A stretch of 64,000 nucleotides of DNA from Lingula anatina (lineage: Eukaryota; Animalia; Brachiopoda): positions 13,042,567 to 13,106,566 of the forward strand of contig CM120644.1 in the NCBI GenBank assembly GCA_051362555.1, in the 5' to 3' direction. The stretch's first letter is position 1. Each line of letters begins with the position of its first letter. Made by a program: the position numbers and the translations under genes. Under the pieces are notes generated by a model that did not search any database, was not told the origin of the DNA, and saw nothing but the letters and a program-made list of their open reading frames with translations. Shown piece by piece: positions 12,386 to 25,160 of this stretch.

Positions 12386-12995
12386 TATGCACACACTTAT
12401 ACACACACTGTACAGCCTAAGCTTCAGGTATGTCACGGTGCCCCGGCGACCTTAAAACAACATGATACCTGTGAGAAATGGAACTTGACAGGGGTGCTGT
12501 ATATAATTACCGATACACTTCAACGAAGCAGTGTATAGATAAGTACTGGGTAAAAGCAGTAACACGTTCTAAATTCACGACTATGAGGGTGCGAAGGAAG
12601 TGTGTAGGAGGAAGCGACTACGAGGGGATAGTTTTAGCCCCCGTATTTCCTGTGGTTACGAATGAGGTGGCTGACGAAAATGGGGTCAGTACCCCCTGTA
12701 CCCCCCCCCCCGCTCTTTTGCCCCTGCTGGTATCGGCACATACAGGTAGGAATACTAGTACAAGCCAAACTTTACCCATGCAGAAATGCATATACATAAC
12801 TTATTTATTAAATAAATACAACTTATATTCCAACGGTATAATAATTATAATATTCCAATCTTGCAGAATGCACTGTTCTTTTTTTTTTTTTTTTTTATTT
12901 TAAATCAAGCCATTATTTGTCAGTCACATATAGTCATGCCTTAAATGTAGCAGCAGAGCACATCTAAACAGGTAACGGACGTTCGCTCACAATTC

Positions 12996-13843
12996 TCACA
13001 CATTACTATACGTAGATCCTGGTCTGCACTTGTGGAAGACAAATAACACACCATCCTGGTGGAGAAAAAATGATGACATCAGATTAGTAATGGTAGAATG
13101 AATATATTAATCTGGTTAAATGAAAAGTATATTCGGGACATTCCATTAAAATACAATAATTATTGTATACGTAGCGTGCAAGTAAGCCATTTGCCATTTA
13201 TTTCGTTATATAAAACAGGCGCAAAGTTTTAATTAATTAAAAACAGTCTCCTACTAATTAATCTACCCTCAGATCAGACATAATTTCATTTAAAGACCAG
13301 AATTCAAAGTTAATCGGTAATATGAAACATGACATTTCCCGAAAATAAATAAAATGGTCCCAAGGCCTACATGTGATCACCCCCTTTCGTCAAAAACGTA
13401 GGCCTACCTCACTGCTACATTGTACAAGACTGACACGCTGCCAGTATGAACGAAGGGATAGCTTGAATAGCAATCTACATACAGCATATACATACCCTAA
13501 CTAGAAATGGAAAATCCGTCCAAAAGTCCTTATTTGGAATCACGTCTGTACCGGATTTATGGCGAATGAATTTCTGAGTAAGGATGCCACCAATGAGGTA
13601 TATGGGGATCACAGTGACCAAGCTGGAAGTGAAATGCCATGCCTTTGAGATAAAATCTCTGTGAAAGGTGTTGAGATTATACGCCCAGAATAAAAAAATA
13701 TGTAGCGTTACTTTTAAGAAAAAAAAATAAAATAATAAAGAAATAAATAAATAAATAAATAATAGAAATAGCTAATGCGTAATAGCATGTGCACGAAACT
13801 AAGTCAGTTCTCCCATCCTTTCCACCCCTCCTTTCTCTCTAGG

Positions 13844-13889
<46 letters not shown>

Positions 13890-14090
13890 ACGCACCAGAA
13901 ACTTGTATGTATTCGCCTGCATGTCGTTTGCATACAGGTACATGTATGTGTATGTGTTTATGTTCAAACCTACATAGTCAACATTTGGACAGGAGACAAA
14001 ACACACAAATAGTCGGATGGTGCGTATTATTCCAAGCTGATATTTTTTCTGTGAAAAAAGGATATTTTGTCAAACTTACACGTGCGCCCG

Positions 14091-14136
<46 letters not shown>

Positions 14137-14989
14137 CCACCCACATGATCATCATAACTGATCCTCCTCCTATACTGGCTTCGGACTTGTCCTTTCCTCC
14201 CTGTTTGGCTGCCTTGTCATCTTTGCCCCCACTGCTTCCCCCGCCGGTCCCACCGCTGCCGCCACTGTCACTGCCGCCTCCAGGGCAAGCATACTTGCTC
14301 TTTAGGGTCATATACTAATCAGAATAAAACACAATATTATGTGAATAAGTTTATCTATTTTTTTAACATTATTCATAAACATGTTTATAGGGGATAAAAA
14401 AATCACATCAGATATATCAAATGGCTTGTACTCATTTCTTCTTGTCGAAAGCCCTTTGTTCATGGGAGACAAAACTTTCTATACTTCGTCATGCATTTAC
14501 ATTATTTGCATGTAGTTACTTGCATACGACCACAAAAAGTCCTAATGTTAAGAAAATAAGAAAAAAATAATAAAAACATGCAAAAATATCACCTTGATAT
14601 ATCTTTAACAGCAAAGGCTAACCACTCGGCCATGTGGTAGAAATTGACTGTTTCTTTTTTAAGCTGGGTAAACTCAGAATTTAAAACAAAATGCATGAAC
14701 TTTTTAAAGGGGCGTACTTTCCAGTACTTACGTATCTTCTCGACGACTTTTCACCGTCGGCGGTCAATTGGGCATCAACTTTGGAGTCGCATATAAGTGT
14801 TATGTACGTAAACCTAGAACAAGAAAATTGCTCTTAAACAAGGATGTGAGACTTTTAAGGGGTGTCCATACAACTATAAACCTACATGTATTAAAATAAC
14901 CGGCGTCGACTTTACATCTATATTTAAGTAAGCTGCATTAGCTGAAAAAATAACTAAGACCATATTTGTATAATTAAATATTTTATTTG

Positions 14990-15026
<37 letters not shown>

Positions 15027-16573
15027 ATTGTGTGTTTATGTGTCTACACGGTGCGTGGGCTTTCGTGTTTCGGTTTGTCTGCACGTGTTTCAGTGTTTGC
15101 GTGCTTGCGTGCGTGCATGTGTGCACGTGCGCGTTCAGCGTGATACGAAGATCCTGCACCTACCTTGTAACGCCGTAATGCGTGTTGGTGTACGTGAGGA
15201 TGATGTTCGTGGACCCGTCTGACGTAAACTGGGCTGTGTTCTGGCTTCCTATAGGATAATAGCTGGACCACCAAGAGCCACTGCTCTGTATTTGACACGC
15301 CTACAACGGAGATTATTTTATACCAGAATAGTACTTCAGTTTATATCAATATCATGGGTTGAAATAAGAATTTAAAGTACTTTGTGAATAAAAGATTGCA
15401 AAACAATCATTAGACACAGTAGGTGTATATATCAATGGTGGAGAAGGAATCTTATAATCCGATGAAGACTGAAAAAGATAACTACATTTTGGGCATTAAC
15501 AAATCAAGAAATTAGAATTGTTTAGAATTATTTGCTTCTCGTTTGGCTGAAGACGGGACGGAGAGCCAGGTAGGGGTGGTGCTTTTGTTTTGGAAAAAGT
15601 GGAACGGTTGTGATGGTAGATCGTTTTTATTTATAACGAAGTAGATTAGGTCCCGGGATCTGCGGTTGTTTAACCAGGGAGTTATAACTCCTTGATTTAA
15701 CATATCCTAAATCGCAGCCTCAAACAAAATATATATCTTTAAACTATAACTTTGATATAAATACAATTCAGAGAAAATTAATTTCCCCCAAGAAAAATAT
15801 TCAGAAAAATTATTAACAGTGCTCTATTTTAACTATACAGCCTTAATGAAAACGGAAGTGTGAATAAGTTTTGATCATTTTTATCATGCACTTACATCTG
15901 TGAATAATGAACGAGATAGAGAACTAGGTCATTGCTGAAACTTACCGCTACGTTCTGACATGACCCTTGAGTGAAATCTTTGCAAGGATTCCAGGAGAAT
16001 TTGTCTGTGCCGGAAGTGGCTTGAATGTTTTCAAATCTGGCAATAAAAAACGTACGTTGGTAAAAAACACTCTATAAATATACCGGTAGATATCAGGGGC
16101 AGATCCAGAGATATTTTCTGACAGTCTTCTGAATTATCTTTGTTAATCCATCCTCCATTTTTTACCGTCTTCCGACAGAAAATATTAGATACACGTCAAT
16201 GTAAACTTTAAAATCTGACCGTCTTCCGGAAGACCCAGAAGACAGCCTAAAACTGCCCCAGCATATGTGTAATGAGGCCAATAATTAACTTAAAGATCCC
16301 AACCCCTTAAAAATAAAGTTCTTATCAAATATGTAATGTCGCCTCACACCGTTCAGCAGACAGAGGTGAGAACATCGCGCACTAATAATTCAAAGGTACC
16401 CACCTCGCTTTGCCATTGCTGAGCGCCAGAGGATGGAGGTCCACGTTACCATTTGCGTGTTTACAGCTGCAAGAATCTATCTTAGCACATGTCTCACTGG
16501 AGACCCTACGTATTGCCAGTACCAAAATAAGAGGCAACACTTTAATTGGATGAATAATGGAGAAAGGATGCAT
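12996..16573 (-). CDS. Cation-dependent mannose-6-phosphate receptor-like / Atg27-like type I membrane protein (single MRH domain), ~278 aa
   Basis: Exons 16573-16404, 16036-15946, 15300-15164, 14813-14732, 14314-14145, 13622-13496, 13055-12996 with consistent phases. Signal peptide; VDLHPL, FSWNPCKDF, ACQ, RFTYITLICD, GEKSSRRYYMTLKSKYACP; Gly/Ser linker; TM GSVMMIILVTVIPIYLIGGIL; DVIPNKDFWTDFPFLVRDG; C-terminal YSNV. Confidence 0.92.
16094..16261 (-). mobile_element. ~168-bp MITE, CAGGGGCGGAT family
   Basis: Reverse complement of 19492-19659; flanks GATAT/CATAT (imperfect 5-bp TSD). Confidence 0.85.
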
Positions 16574-16705
16574 CTTGTGGCATGTGAACGTTCACGCTCT
16601 AATCACGAAATCACGTGATCCTGTGTCGCGCCCTCACTTGAAATGTCGTCACTGTTGTTGCTCCCGGGAAGGGTTGACAAGTTTTATTGCTTGATTACTT
16701 AACCA
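16571..16705. promoter_or_regulatory. Conserved upstream block of the MPR-like/EEP divergent promoter, with a palindromic E-box (ATCACGTGAT, 16610-16619)
   Basis: Strong similarity to ~30611-30745 upstream of EEP gene B. CACGTG core resembles a CLEAR/MiT-TFE site (inference). Confidence 0.55.
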
Positions 16706-17083
16706 ACTTGAGTACGGTTTTGAGAAATACAAGAGACAGACATACTTCCAGGCAGTGATTGAACAGACAATGATCGACTGTTTTTATGATTTCATGGTCA
16801 AAAACTGCACATGATGTGATACGTGGATTTGCTTGTTATATTACTCGAAAAATACACATGTATCTCCTTACTTTACTTTTGAGGAGCAAATATATATCAT
16901 TCACTATACCGAAAGTGACAAGTCCATCATAAAATATTACAATTTCAATATATACTACTTTGTCCCCAGTGCAGTATTTACTGTTTAAAAAGTTAAAACG
17001 TTGTGTAACATCAGGCCTTTGTTCAAACAAAGGACTCCGCTACAAGCTATTGTGTCGTCGGGGTCGATTATAAACGATAGCGC

Positions 17084-17089
17084 TATAAA
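17084..17089 (+). promoter_or_regulatory. Putative TATA box of EEP gene A
   Basis: gcTATAAAtgcagagaccgaaa aligns with gcTATAAGagcagaggccgaaa at 31807 upstream of gene B. Confidence 0.55.
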
Positions 17090-17186
17090 TGCAGAGACCG
17101 AAAGGAAACTGAGTAGATGTACAGGGGACAAAGTCTGGACCGTACATGTGCAGATCTCTATTGTAGTGCCAGGGGCAGGTAGAACC

Positions 17187-17260
17187 GGCCGGGTAGCTCA
17201 GTAGGTAAGAGCACTCGCCCTGTAAGCGAGGGGTCCCGGGTTCGATTCCTGGTCTGGCTG
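17187..17260 (+). tRNA. tRNA-Thr(TGT)-like sequence in the TRIM 5' LTR
   Basis: Identical to 3165-3238. Confidence 0.55.
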
Positions 17261-17377
17261 GTGGTTTTTCTGCACTCACCCCAAATCGCTACAATGGTGG
17301 CAGCGGTGTTGCGAGATAGGGCTCGTGTCTTTCGGCATTTGGGGGGGAGGAGTGTAGTGCCAGGGGCAGGTAGAACC

Positions 17378-17451
17378 GGCCGGGTAGCTCAGTAGGTAAG
17401 AGCACTCGCCCTGTAAGCGAGGGGTCCCGGGTTCGATTCCTGGTCTGGCTG
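17378..17451 (+). tRNA. tRNA-Thr(TGT)-like sequence in the TRIM 3' LTR
   Basis: Identical to 3165-3238; followed by T6. Confidence 0.55.
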
Positions 17452-17745
17452 GTGGTTTTTTCGCACTCACCCCAAATCGCTACACTATCTTGTTATTACC
17501 TGATTCTTCACCTGCCCCGAACAGAGACTGAGAGAACGGACTGAGGAGAAAATGAAGATTGTGCCGTGCATTATAGCAATATTTTGGGTGGTTCTTACAT
17601 TTGAGAGGTAAGAAACAATACTTTGAAGTGATATAGCGTAGAGTAAGAAGAACATCCAAGTGTTTAAGCGATAACCCTGTATCAGACCAGGGAATTATAT
17701 CGGAATTCCCTGATCGGACAATGCTCCGGTGTAAGACCAATAAAT

Positions 17746-18050
17746 TCCCAGCGGGCAAACTATGTTGTTTTACCGTTGAAACAACGTTGAACCATAATGT
17801 TGATAATACGTTGGATTAACATTGGATTTGAAAGTTGACTCAACCTCAGAAAACAACGTTGTATCAACGTCAGATAACAACATTGTATCAACCCCAGTTG
17901 TAATTAGACAACATTCCTGCATGAAAAGACATTAAAATGACCTGAAATGTTTTTATTTTTGGTACAAAACACAGGTACACAATTATAACGTACACTGTAA
18001 AAACATCCAAGTGCCTGCTTTGTCTGATATTTTCAACGCATTTAACTCCT
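17746..18050 (+). mobile_element. DNA transposon end fragment (CCCAGC start, caacgtt subterminal repeats); second copy ~46006-46310
   Basis: About 300 bp of high similarity between the two loci. Confidence 0.7.
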
Positions 18051-19491
18051 CTCCACACTTATATATAGCACTTACACAGAAAGATTGCGTACGATACTGT
18101 ACCGGTAGTTGGCACATTTGGTTTTTCAGTCCACAGTTCACTTGGGTCTCAGAACACAAGAAGTCCGCTGGAAAATTTTGTACATTAATACATGAAGTAC
18201 ATGTATTTTAGTCCGATTATTAAGTATATAGATGATGAAAAGGCAATCAGAAAATTGCCAAATTCCTGACTATTTGATCATTCTTCCCTTGAATCAAAGT
18301 ACAGGGTCCTATATGTCACATAAATAGTATGGAAGATTTAGACTGCTATAGTCGGATAGCATAGCCGACTACATTATACCTACATGACGCACCCCAGTGT
18401 AACGTACGTGACAGAGGCTCTCATGAAAGACTGGGGTAAAACAAGCAGTGGCGTCCATTACTAGCAATGCTTGTTCAATTACTTGTGATAACCATTTTCT
18501 TGCTTTTCACAAAGGTACTGAGCGTCAATCAATAGCCGTCAGGGGGATTTTCTAAAGCTGATGCTGATTTTATCAGCGATAAATCAAAACCTCTCCAACT
18601 TTGCAACCAACCACTTTTCAACCACCTTTTCAACCAGCCCAGAGCCGAAGAAGTTACCCTGTTAATTTACCAATTAAACTCATCTTCCAGGCCCCACCCC
18701 CAATCTTAATTATCACAAGGGGTCGAGAATGTTCCTTAAATATGTCCACCGTAAAAATTTCCCTCGTGAGTTTAATACTAAATTATATTTCCTGGAGCAA
18801 ACGGTATTTTTCTTCTACCAACCAACCTTTCCCTCTCCTTTCCTGAGATGATAATAATTATTATTATAATGATAATAATAACGTAAAATTAACAACTTCA
18901 TAATGATCAAAAATATTTCTTGTCCTTAGATAAGTTCAGCAGGAATTGGTAGATGTACTGTTATGTAAACAAAGGAAAAATATGTTAATGACCATATGTT
19001 TTTATACTTTAAGAATCAAATTGTGTAATTATCATCATCATAATTGAATTTTCACTTGTGTTTCAGCCCGCACTGCCATGCGCTTGCCGATGATTCTATA
19101 TATTCCGAAACAAAGTTCGACCAAAATGATAGCCTGAGAGTAAAACAAACCGCAAGCTTGAACGGCAGGGTTGGACAAGACCTTGAAAATGGCGAGACCG
19201 ACAAAGATTCGGAGAATGACCAACTGATTAAAGATCTAGAGAGTGACCCAAGCTACAGCGAAACGAAGTCCGGTTTGATTTTTGATAAGGCAAGTGGGGA
19301 AGCTCATCCGAGAAAAATTGCAGTTAACGCCATCAAGAAAAGAAGACAAAAACGCCATAGACAGAAAACAAAGAAATCAAAGACATAAAAGAAACGTGAC
19401 AGCAAGGACCGCATTCTTAACGCAATGTTGGGAACAGTGACATTCAACGTAGGGCTTCACCCTACTCTTATTCCCGAGTAAGTGCCTGAAG

Positions 19492-19659
19492 CAGGGGCGG
19501 ATTTAAGCCGTCTTCTGGGTCTTCCGGAAGACGGTCAGATTTTTAAGTTTACATTTACGGGTATCTAATATTTTCTGTCGGAAGACGGTCAAAAATTGAG
19601 GACGAATTAACAAAGATTATTTGGAAGACTGTCAGAAATTATCTCTGGATCCGCCCCTG
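19492..19659 (+). mobile_element. 168-bp MITE, CAGGGGCGGAT family
   Basis: TIR caggggcggat/atccgcccctg; 5-bp TSD TGAAG; absent from the paralogous intron of gene B. Confidence 0.92.
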
Positions 19660-19947
19660 TGAAGTAATAAGTAGACAAATATCACCAAAAAAGAAAGTGT
19701 CTAGAACTCTTTATTGAGAGAAATAAGGCACTACTGCACAAGCGGATCGGAAATTGAAAAGAATTTTTCATTAATGAATTTTGTGTTTGTACGACTCTAG
19801 ATTTTCTATGTATTCCTTTACAAGTATTCGGGAAAAAAATTGAAACGGTGAAACTCCTTATCAATGTAAGAAATTGTCCTCTTTACATTTGAGTGATGAT
19901 ATGGTTACTATTTTTTTCAAAGACAATGGGTGGGAGTAATTGTCCAT

Positions 19948-19978
<31 letters not shown>

Positions 19979-22900
19979 CTTCCTTTTTTGATTATGTATT
20001 TTTTTTTCGGAAACACATGAAGCTGCCTCTCATTTGGGACCGATATAAGCTGTCATCCTTTAATATGGTCGTCAAAGTAGTGATTTCAAGCAATAAATAG
20101 CTTACACTTAACTGTGCGTATTATTTTTACTTATAATAAAATATATGTTTTGTTTTTTTTAACTTTCCAGATACGAAACGCGTAAAGCAAAGTTTATTGA
20201 AATAATAGAAAATGGTTCTCTTCCGGGAGATGTCGTCTGCTTGCAAGAGGTTTGGGAAGCAGACGATCTTAGAGAAATAATCTCCAAGACACAGACAGAT
20301 TTTCCATTTTCAGTCAGCGCCCTGCATCAGACTATAGACGGCGACACTGTCTTCCCCACTGCTAATCCTTTAGTACCTGCTTGTACCCTTGCTGAGGTAA
20401 ATACACTTCATTTGTTACAGTCGAGTATCATAACTCTCAAAGTTTTAACTTCATGTATATAACCTTACCTCGATTTATTTGAGCTCTGCTTCTGTTAACA
20501 GTAGAAAAATAATATGGCTTGCATATTTTGTCATCGTTATTTCCTCCCTGGGGTGGATACGGTGATGTACCTTTTAAGAAATGGGCTTCTAGAAAAGTTG
20601 AACTTGGTTTGCTCGATAACATAAAAACTGGTAACATAACTAAATTCAAAGTCATTTTTATGAATATCATCATTATCCTACTGATTTTGAATTCTGTTGT
20701 CGTTCAAAGGGCTATCACTGCATGAAAAATCAGCTTTTATATATCCTGAAAGATGATCAAAAGGCCTCCTTTTATTCACCTTCTCACACCTTTCCTAGAC
20801 CTTTCGTTTTTTTAGGAAAAGACGATCTTTTGAATGACTTTTGTATAAGCGAAAAGGTATACAAATGGCCCACTTTTCTTTACATTTTCTCTACACAAAA
20901 GATTAACTTTCATAAACCTTTTGATGTAAAAAGACGATCTTTTGCTTGAAGAAAAGGTATTCTCAAGTTCATCATTCATCAGCTTTTTGCATGCTAAATG
21001 GCATATGAATGATCCACTTTTCTCTACCTTTTCCTGACAAAAAGTCCAACTTTCAGATGCCTTTTGTGCAACTTTCCAGATACAAAAGATAACCTTTTCA
21101 AACCTTTTTATTTAAGAAAAGACTGTGTTTTTTCTTCTTTTGTTACGTATTTTAATGTAATATTTATTGCGGCAATTTAATAATATATTGATAAACAGAA
21201 CAACACATGGTATAAATTTTAATAATTTATTCCATTATAACATTTTTGTGCAGGTTGTGCTTGTCTTTTGAAAGTTTTTGATAATCCAAGGAAATTTAAT
21301 TTTCTTGTTTTGATAATCCAAGAAAGGCTCAGGAAATGTTCTCTAAATGTACTTTCAGCCAGATCCATTAGTCCTACTATATATGCGTAACTTCCCACTC
21401 TCGTGGGAGTAGTATTCCTGGAATCGTCTGTCAAGTGAACACTTTGCCTGCACAAATCTTTGCCTTTTGCCTCCTGAAAAATAGGATGCATGTAATGATA
21501 AATGTTGTTTTGGGTAACAGTTCATTTTAATGCTAATCAAATATGATAAAAACAAGGGCAACTTTTATGTCTAATAATGATGTTAGAAGTATTTTCAAAT
21601 TATGGACTTAAAGCCATCAAACGGCTTAAAAAAGAGATTTTACCTCCTTACTTTTTTTCCATATTTTTTGTTTCAGCTCATCCAGTCCTTTTGCTTGTTT
21701 TAGAACATCCTCCTACTTTTCAGATCTGTAGTATCTTTTAATGGCACCTAGTAAAGAAATAAAAAGAGTGAACTATTTGAGTGTAATATCATGCAAAAAG
21801 TTTTCAATTAGGGAAATATGAATAATGACATAACTACAAGTAATGATGAAAATATGCATTCATGATTACTGCTAGGCAACTTGATTGAGCCTTGCACAGA
21901 ACTTAGATAGGCTCCTGTATTACATACCCCATTCTTCTCTTCCAATTTTTTTTGCCTTAGCTCATCCACTTTGTTTGCTTTTATATGCTGTTCAGACAGC
22001 CTGTCTTTTAATAGCATCTGGAAAAGAAATAGTGATTTTAAGATAGTGAATTCTTTTAGTGTAATATCATACAAAAAGTTTTCATTTATGAAAATATGAA
22101 TGCTGAAATAACTACATTGTCATACAATGATGAAGATATTCATTATTACTGCTCAGGGTCCATACAGCAACATAAAAGCAATTTAAATGACTTCTGGGGC
22201 TCTTAATCAATAACTTTTCAATAACTCAATGCGTCTTACTGTCATTTTTAAAGTTTACATAGAAAAGAGGAGCATCAATTTACACAAACTTTGTACTTAA
22301 ATGATAATGAAACATGAGAAAAAAATTGACAGATTAAAAAGGGCATTCCCCCAGCATGTCTACATTCAGGTTAAAAACAAGGTTTGAAATAATCATTCGA
22401 CAAATTCTAACTGATCAAATCCCAGAATATTTTAGGGAAAAATGATGAATACAAGCCCTTTCTAAGCTTAATAACAATTTCAAGTACTTTTTATGTCATA
22501 AACAGACTGAATACATGTACAAGGGGCAATACTAGATTCAAACACTCAAAGTGCTGTACCGGGGTATGAACCCTGCGAGTGAACCAGTGCATTGATTATA
22601 TAACACTGCCTGGAATTTAGGTCAAGGAATGTAGGTCGACTATATGGGATTAATACAGGCCAGTTATATACATGTACAGAATCTTTACTTGTACGCGGGG
22701 CCGTACTTTGATGTAAACTTTTTGCAGTGTTCTAATACATAGGTCAGAGTGTTTGATTAACAACTGTTTCACGATCGTGATAACCTTTTTTCGGCGCGGT
22801 CTGTTCTCCGGGCATAAAACCCATCTTGGGCTTCCGTGACACGGTTGTATGTTCCCTTAAATATGATTGATTCACATGTTATATTAGACCTACCTGATGC

Positions 22901-23605
22901 ATTTACTCATTCTCTTCATCCTCGTCAGTTAAATTATCGCCGCAACAATTGCCATCTTGCAAAGAAGTCGACCATAATCAATACGGTGGCTTGGAAATTA
23001 TCTTCTGTGACCGGCCTGCACAGTCTTTCAGTCCGCGCATTTTCAACCGCCTGGCCTTGCGCATGCGCAGATAGTCTGTAATGGGATATCTTTCGCGCCG
23101 ATTCTCTACCATTGACCTATAGCGCAGTATTAATGACAGAAAAGCGCGCACGGCAACCTTTTACTTCGTGTTTTACTCAAGACTAAAAACAGCAAGACAC
23201 AATAATATAGATCACTAGACACGGGGCAGCCGGTCATCGTTTTACAAGGTAGGTGATATAGTGATTTCAGTAATGTTCTCACAGTGTGTGTTAACACAAA
23301 TTAGAGCCAAAGCATGCTTCTGTGATTAAAGCGGGAATCTTTCTCGAAGCACTGCATGTTGCAAGGTAATTAAGTCGTCTCTCGAGAAAGGATCGAGTTA
23401 TACTGAGTTTCATAGGGCTTGGCTTTTGTCTGTTCTAACGTTTGACCTGTTACTCACTGTGAACTTTGGAAATATATGACATGTGCATGCACGTCCACGA
23501 TACGGGGTAACAACAAGGGGTTGTCATTTTTAAAAGTGTTAGAATATTCCCATTTGTTGGATTACAAGGGGGTGCTTTAATGTGAAAGGGGATGGATTCG
23601 TCTTA

Positions 23606-23829
23606 GACCCCATTTCCAGAGATTAGATTGATATAATTTAGATCGACCTAACTCCCTGGGGGTTCACGCGAAATAGCTGTCAGCCGAGGGGACACGAAAG
23701 TTAATTACCCCCTTACAGCTTGTAGTAGGCTGGACGGACATTTAAGCCGGATTATCTGACAGTAATCTAGGGAGACCCCCCCCCCCCACCCCGGGGATAG
23801 ATTGATCTAAAAACTCTTGGAATACAGCC
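23606..23829 (+). mobile_element. PIF/Harbinger-type MITE nested in the CACTG element; second copy at 56415-56629
   Basis: Shared core gatcgacctaactccctgggggttcacgc...ctgacagtaatctag; imperfect TIRs; TTA on both flanks. Confidence 0.75.
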
Positions 23830-24499
23830 TTATACAACCGAAAATGACACCATTTAAAACAGCACTCTCTATTGCAGTTGCTAATTATAGAAAAGAATTA
23901 AGGCTCTCAGAAAATATTGTCATGTGTTTTTGTTATGTCTCTATTATTCAATGTCTTTTCTTTTATAAAGGAATGGGGCGTCACAAGAAGAAAAAGGAGT
24001 GCCTGTCGTCACAAGAAAAGAGATGAACATCTAAAAGAAGGCTGCGTTCCCGTGCTCCTGTTATACATGAATTCCCAGTCTGCAGCTAGAATAAAAATTG
24101 TTAACCTACATGTATAACCTCATTGTGTTTACCTCAGACCCCCTGTCAAATTTATAGAATTAAACATGCTGAAATGGTAAAGGGAAGACTGGCTCGCTAT
24201 GAGCAAGAGAATAAGTAAAAAGTTATGTATGGTTGATAATTTTCCTTTGATATTAAGATTAACTACAGCAGTGTAAGCAAGATGAATTAAGGATATGCAA
24301 ACAGTAACAGTGTGTCAGTAATATAACCAGTTCCAATATAAACAAATTCAAATTGCAAAGCTGATTACTACCTATCTAACTTCGGTTAAATATTTCCATC
24401 ATGCCCAGGGCCTTACTATTAGGGATTATGTAAAAGGTAAAACTTGCTCTCTGGAGTCTAAAACACATCATAACAATTTTAAGTGGTTTTCTCATTAGA

Positions 24500-25160
24500 A
24501 ACGATCCCCTGGTCAGGCAAACTATGGAGAGGCGACTTCTGACATTTATTGTAATTTTTTTTTTTGACTTGATACAATTAGTGCAAATACTGACATAACT
24601 TAAAATAACAAAGTTAGTGATGAGAGATCCTATTGCCTTTTTTGTTGAGGAGAGGTGGTTTTCTGTTTAGAGACAATCCTCTAGCCAGGCAAATTATGGA
24701 GAGGTGACCTCAAACACTATTTTGACTTGGTACAATCAATGCTAAAATCCTGACATAACTTAAAATAACAAAGTTAGTGACGAGAGATCCTATTGCCTTT
24801 TTTGACGAGGAGAGGTGGTTTTCTGTTTAGAGACAATCCTCTAGCCAGGCAAATTATGGAGAGGTGACCTCAAACACTATTTTGACTTGGTACAATCAAT
24901 GCTAAAATCCTGACATTACTGAAAATAACAAAGTTAGGTGATGAGAGATCCTATTGCCTTTTTTGTCAAGGAGAGGTGGTTTTCTGTTTAGAGACAATCC
25001 TCTAGCCAGGCAAATTATGGAGAGGTGACCTCAAACACTATTTTGACTTGCTACAATTAGTGCTATAATCCTGACATAATAAGCTAATATCCAGAGGCAT
25101 GGAGATCATTTCCTGTGAAAGTAATTATCTAGGCTAATATGGAGATGTGACCTCTGACAT
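24500..25160. repeat. ~160-bp tandem repeat (three full units plus degenerate flanking units)
   Basis: Anchor tgacataact/tgacattact/tgacataat at 24591, 24751, 24911, 25072. Confidence 0.92.

Larger units (their letters stand above)
17162..17484 (+). mobile_element. TRIM with tRNA-derived LTRs, Helenus-like; copy 2
   Basis: LTRs 17162-17293 and 17353-17484 (2 mismatches), same PBS (17295-17308) and PPT (17341-17352), 4-bp TSD CTAT. Confidence 0.93.

Noticed and set aside
12219-12455. ORFs rich in SLSL/ERER/HTHT/CVCV (also 13775, 14987, 51481, 53039 and others)
   Set aside because: Microsatellite translations.
19386-19388. Recoding (selenocysteine or read-through) of the EEP-A stop
   Set aside because: The codon is TAA, aligns to Ser in a low-complexity tract, and the paralog has no stop.
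24500-25160. CRISPR-like array (also 58460-59150 and 3740-4050)
   Set aside because: Head-to-tail tandem repeats without unique spacers, in eukaryotic transposons; no cas genes.
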